From: a virus
Taxonomy: Duplodnaviria > Caudoviricetes
Length of the DNA: 56,369 nucleotides
Virus record (IMG/VR): IMGVR_UViG_3300031919_000004
Span: 1-56,369 of that record
Direction: 5' to 3' (one strand)
Position numbers and translations under genes: made by a program. Positions 53,401 to 56,369 of this stretch are shown here, in pieces. Numbering within the stretch: the stretch's first letter is position 1; every line of letters begins with the position of its first letter. The notes beneath the pieces were generated by a model. The model searched no databases. It saw only the letters and a program-made list of their open reading frames with translations, and was not told the origin of the DNA.

Positions 53401-53554
53401 GAGCATGGCGGTTGTCGGCGGTGGCGGCGGAGGTTCGACAACGAATAATTCTCATACTACCAACTACTTTAATATTAGCATTGAGAGCGGTAACGCTGAA
53501 GAAGTTTGGGAGAAACTTCAAGACGAACTTCACAGGAGGGGGTTTGACTTATAA
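50450..53554 (+). CDS. tape measure protein
   Basis: 1034 aa, helical; DLLDTFWEYS, DKVADAVKEFNIR, LFGTQWED, LGIASPSKV. Confidence 0.95.
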   Translation: MAENKEFKITIRAVTDQFESAMRRTKDSFREANQSFRQGMQESNGFLNDMANNLGKSMGVLLNPVTLATAGIAALGAGAVAAGVKGMQMAMEFEDAGNKLQASLGLATEETEEFKARMEESFADARGTVQEIQEAYRMVASTMQTGAEETGRLADKALVLQEAFGLDVTSSIKAVDTMTKNLGIDGDKAFDIIATTAQKAGDKADDLLDTFWEYSNQFAEMGLDAEQFAGILTTASEEGVYNFDKVADAVKEFNIRIKDGSKTTVESMQMLLGDGATEVFNKMKSGAMTGAEAMQLVLTELQKIDDPLKREQIAVGLFGTQWEDVGDKAMLAMTKGMEGLEGFEGAMDKATDAVDDSFSKQIERIGNQFSLLAKDVAEQLLPYLKQFADFIEDNMPKIQRTVETAIDVVKFVFTDLAVVLKNAWEIFKLGYTIVKETVGLIVDVLTGDFEGAKQRVINIFEAIKTAISDIFDNILGAVKTKFNIIKEHITDKGKDIVNGLWEGLQEKTEWLKGKVTEWIKAVLPGPIEKALGIASPSKVMKVIGQQSAEGLALGVVDGKSKVQQAVTQLAVVMGESVKTMTDKYNKTLYQMELQFSKERMKLRVEEMQKEIERTQTEVQESEKRIEQLKKELKEYKKGSEDYEKISEDIRRETENLAKVQERAAKARANAEQQAKSLVISALQQQRNILEDVQDVWERHHQALAEAKEEYQRRVREVNRQLAEDERRLTEDLKRQIEQRAQDLMNWTGLFDVVSFSGEGITGGELLGNLRDQVNAFDEWQEQIGLLAQKGVDEGLIKELQKMGPKALPQIKALNKLSDEELTEYVNLYRMKAQQAREEAMRQLEQQRRETQMKLMEIRANAYRQLEMYRQKWAEKQKEIRKNTMEELDAIERRYKQMAENSTHYGVSLMENFIGGVRSRFGVLRSTLEQMMEMVDMYMPHSPAKVGPLKKLDEYGPAMVQEIARGIQGSLPTLERAVNQMAQVPSMAVVGGGGGGSTTNNSHTTNYFNISIESGNAEEVWEKLQDELHRRGFDL

Positions 53555-56369
53555 TGGCTCGTAGTTTGAAAATTGCAGGAGTTGAACGGTGGAAAGACTA
53601 TATAGGGAATTCCCTTGACATTAAACTGGGGCTTACGAGTGAGATTAATACCGCCTCATTTAAGGTCAGAGGGGTTCAGCCTTCCGAAGGTGAGGAGGTT
53701 ATAATCGAGGACTCCGGCGTTGGAAGAATGTTTGCTGGTATTATCAATAAGGTGACAATGGAAGAAAAGATGCCGGGGGCAAATGTAGCGGTCTGGAAGT
53801 GTGATTGTGACGACTATACATTTATGTTGAATAAACGTCTTGCGGTGGAGGTATATGAGGGATACTCCGCTGACCAGATTATTATTGACCTCATTAATAA
53901 ATACGGTAATGGAGAATTTACCACCAATGGCGTTAGGACAGGGGCTCCAACAGTTGAAAAATTAGTCTTTGACTATGTTCCCATTGCGGAAGCGTTTAAG
54001 AAGGTTGCTGAATATGTAAATTGGGAATGGGACGTTAATTTTTACAGGGATATACAATTTTTTAACCCAATGGAAAAGCAGGAAGAAGCACCAATGACAT
54101 TAACCCCGGGCGGGTATTTTAGGAAGTTTACCCATTCGGTCAATACAAGAGGATTAAGGAACCGGGTATATGTGCGGGGCGGTAAGACACTATCTAACCC
54201 GTGGACTTATGAGATTGCGGCTGATGGTAAAGCACGGGCTTGGGTATTGCCTCACAAGCCTCATAATTTAAGCATAACTGTTTCCGGTTCACCTGTAACG
54301 GTGGGCATTGAGAACGTACACGACCCGGCTAATTATGACGTACTAATGAATTACCATGAAAAAAGGGTTGTGGCTACGGATAACCTGACTACGCCTGTTG
54401 ATGGGGCAACCTTGGCTTTCACTTATCAATATGGTATTGATGTTATCACTATGGTTGAGGATACTGCCTCACAGGAGGAGCTTAAAAAGGTTCAAGGCGG
54501 GGACGGGGTCTATGAACACGTTATTATTAATGAACAGTTAGACTCCATTGAGGCCGCAGAGGTAGCCGCAAAGAATGACATTATCGAACACGGGAACCCG
54601 GTTGTTCAAGGAACATTTGAAACTGAAGTACCGGGATGGAAGCCGGGGCAGTTGGTAACAGTCAACCTGCCGGAGAGGGGCGTTAATAATACTTTTTTAG
54701 TACGGAAGGTATCAATAAAACCTGTTACTAATGATAAATGGACTTATAAGGTTCAATACGGCGGCAAGTTGTTAGGCATTGCCGATTATCTCAAGGCAAT
54801 TTACAGTAAAACGCAAGAAAAAGACCTTGCAGAGACTACTACTTTACACAAATTTATTTATTGGGACGAGACGGCGTTAATCAATGACGAATTATATCTA
54901 ACAGTAAAAGAATTGCCTTGGAAAGTTGAAGAAAGCATAGAATTTAAACAAAAACAGGATGAAATAAAATTAATTGATAAAATTTATCATATTGGGTTAC
55001 AGTTTAATGGAGTTGACGGTAAAGTACAAATACCTAATGATTCAAGCATTAATGATGGCGGGCCTTGGGCAAAAAAGACAATTTTAATTAAATTTGAAAC
55101 GGCAGATGATATAAGCACAATGCAATTTTTATATGAAGAAGGTGAAGCAACCAGAGGACTTAATATATTTATTAATAGCGGTTATTTATATGTTACAGGA
55201 TGGAATAACTATGATGATGATGGAGGAGCTACAACGCCGTGGGGTGTTTTATATGTAAAAACGCCTATTGAAGCAAATAAAGTTTATTATGCAGGATTGA
55301 TTTATTCTCATTCAGGAAATCTAAGTGATGGAAAAACTGGATATATAATGGGTTTTTTAAACGGTAAAATTTTTGGACGTGTTGGAGGGGCAGGGTTACT
55401 TTATAATCATACGGGTGATGTTACTTTTGGAGGAGATGCTGATAGTCTTTTACCTGACGGGTTAACTGCAAGCGGTTGTTGGTTTAAAGGTAAAATTTTT
55501 GAAGGTAGTTACTGGAATGGGGTGGCATTAACAGCAGAAGAAATTAATGAATATAAACATTTAACAGGTAATGAACCTGGACTTACTTTTTGGTGGCCTA
55601 TGAGGGATGGGACAGGGTCAATAGTAACTGAAAAGATTAATGGTCTTGATGGAACAATTTTAGGGGGAGTCGCTTGGGTTACAACTAATATAATAGGTGT
55701 AGATAATAGAGGTTTACAATTACAATACACCTCTAAAGATGAGCCTATATTTACACGTTCTTCTACGGCTTATAAACAAGATGGGTCTGAAGTAGCGGCA
55801 GATGTTCCACGTTTTGAGCTTGGCAAATTTAGCCAGGCGATAATGGTGGAGGAGGGGACAACAAATCTACTGCCTGCTGCAAGCAATTGGACAGATAAAA
55901 CTAGCGGGCATGGAACCATTTTATCTGATTACGAAGTTTCTATTACTCCTGGTAGTAATTACTTTTATCAGTGTTATACTCCCATAACTGCTGGATTAAA
56001 TTATAGTCTTTCAGGGGAAAAATTTACAGGCACAGGTAGGATTTATTTGTATTTTTGTGATAGCAATAAAGTCAGAATAAGTAGTGACATGATAGCTCCT
56101 TGTTCGGGCATCGCTCCTGAAAATGCTGTATATGCCGAGGTTATACTGCATAATTTAAATGACGCAAACACGGTTGTTTTGGGGAAATGGCAACTCGAAC
56201 AAAAACCCTACGTCACCTCCTTCATCGACGGCACCCGCTCCCCCGAGACCCTGACCATCCCCACGGCGGGGGTTCTGAACCCGCAGGAGGGGACGGTGGA
56301 ATTTTGGATAAAGGCACAAGATTTGTATAGTCGAAGAAGAGACATGTTCACTATCAATACATCATCTAG
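53554..56369 (+). CDS. large tail-tip/hub protein with LamG-like domains (3'-truncated; missing from ORF track)
   Basis: ATG overlaps TMP stop; frame open to the last base: MARSLKIAG...RNRVYVRGG...GDGVYE...LQFNGVDG(LamG)...FTRSSTAY...EEGTTNL...QLEQKPYVTSF...EGTVEFWI. Confidence 0.88.
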   Translation, partial: MARSLKIAGVERWKDYIGNSLDIKLGLTSEINTASFKVRGVQPSEGEEVIIEDSGVGRMFAGIINKVTMEEKMPGANVAVWKCDCDDYTFMLNKRLAVEVYEGYSADQIIIDLINKYGNGEFTTNGVRTGAPTVEKLVFDYVPIAEAFKKVAEYVNWEWDVNFYRDIQFFNPMEKQEEAPMTLTPGGYFRKFTHSVNTRGLRNRVYVRGGKTLSNPWTYEIAADGKARAWVLPHKPHNLSITVSGSPVTVGIENVHDPANYDVLMNYHEKRVVATDNLTTPVDGATLAFTYQYGIDVITMVEDTASQEELKKVQGGDGVYEHVIINEQLDSIEAAEVAAKNDIIEHGNPVVQGTFETEVPGWKPGQLVTVNLPERGVNNTFLVRKVSIKPVTNDKWTYKVQYGGKLLGIADYLKAIYSKTQEKDLAETTTLHKFIYWDETALINDELYLTVKELPWKVEESIEFKQKQDEIKLIDKIYHIGLQFNGVDGKVQIPNDSSINDGGPWAKKTILIKFETADDISTMQFLYEEGEATRGLNIFINSGYLYVTGWNNYDDDGGATTPWGVLYVKTPIEANKVYYAGLIYSHSGNLSDGKTGYIMGFLNGKIFGRVGGAGLLYNHTGDVTFGGDADSLLPDGLTASGCWFKGKIFEGSYWNGVALTAEEINEYKHLTGNEPGLTFWWPMRDGTGSIVTEKINGLDGTILGGVAWVTTNIIGVDNRGLQLQYTSKDEPIFTRSSTAYKQDGSEVAADVPRFELGKFSQAIMVEEGTTNLLPAASNWTDKTSGHGTILSDYEVSITPGSNYFYQCYTPITAGLNYSLSGEKFTGTGRIYLYFCDSNKVRISSDMIAPCSGIAPENAVYAEVILHNLNDANTVVLGKWQLEQKPYVTSFIDGTRSPETLTIPTAGVLNPQEGTVEFWIKAQDLYSRRRDMFTINTSS

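Noticed and set aside
1-56369. Diversity-generating retroelement acting on the tail genes
   Set aside because: No reverse transcriptase and no TR/VR pair differing at adenines was seen
1-56369. Integrase/att site, CI-type repressor, tRNA or rRNA genes
   Set aside because: No supporting motifs seen by eye; tRNAscan and HMM searches were not available

Overview
The window is a near-complete, circularly permuted genome of a tailed phage with a siphovirus-type tail module. The host is probably an anaerobic, S-layer-bearing Clostridia-like Firmicute (SLH-domain endolysin, copper-amine-oxidase N-terminal domain, class III RNR). Essentially all genes are on the + strand. Order: end of tail-tip gene and tail accessory genes (1-3.8 kb); lysis cassette with an extra papain-like protease (3.8-6.0 kb); amidoligase cassette; replication/recombination module (SNF2 helicase, initiator, DnaC, DnaB, primase, phage sigma factor, SSB, PolA, Cas4-like nuclease, C5-MTase, RecU, RecA; 7.4-24.4 kb); early accessory cassettes (two gamma-glutamylcyclotransferases, DUF6011); a 500-bp non-coding RNA/origin-like locus (27.0-27.5 kb); NrdG/NrdD/dUTPase; a sigma-region-4 regulator; a ParB-ParB-zincin-glycosyltransferase-kinase-sugar nucleotidyltransferase cluster (32.8-37.3 kb); terminase, PhoH, and SPP1-like head and tail genes. 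The contig opens and closes inside what appears to be one LamG-containing tail-tip gene. No integrase, repressor, tRNA, CRISPR array or reverse transcriptase was seen. Three promoter classes can be read by eye (host-sigma early, 12 middle, 3 late). Best candidates for novel biology: a putative NDP-sugar/glycosyltransferase DNA- or virion-modification system, a minus-strand RNA with five anti-Shine-Dalgarno motifs complementary to the phage's own early-gene RBSs, a dispersed co-regulated amidoligase/GGCT set, and a papain-family protease in the lysis cassette. All functional calls come from motif recognition only; no searches were run.
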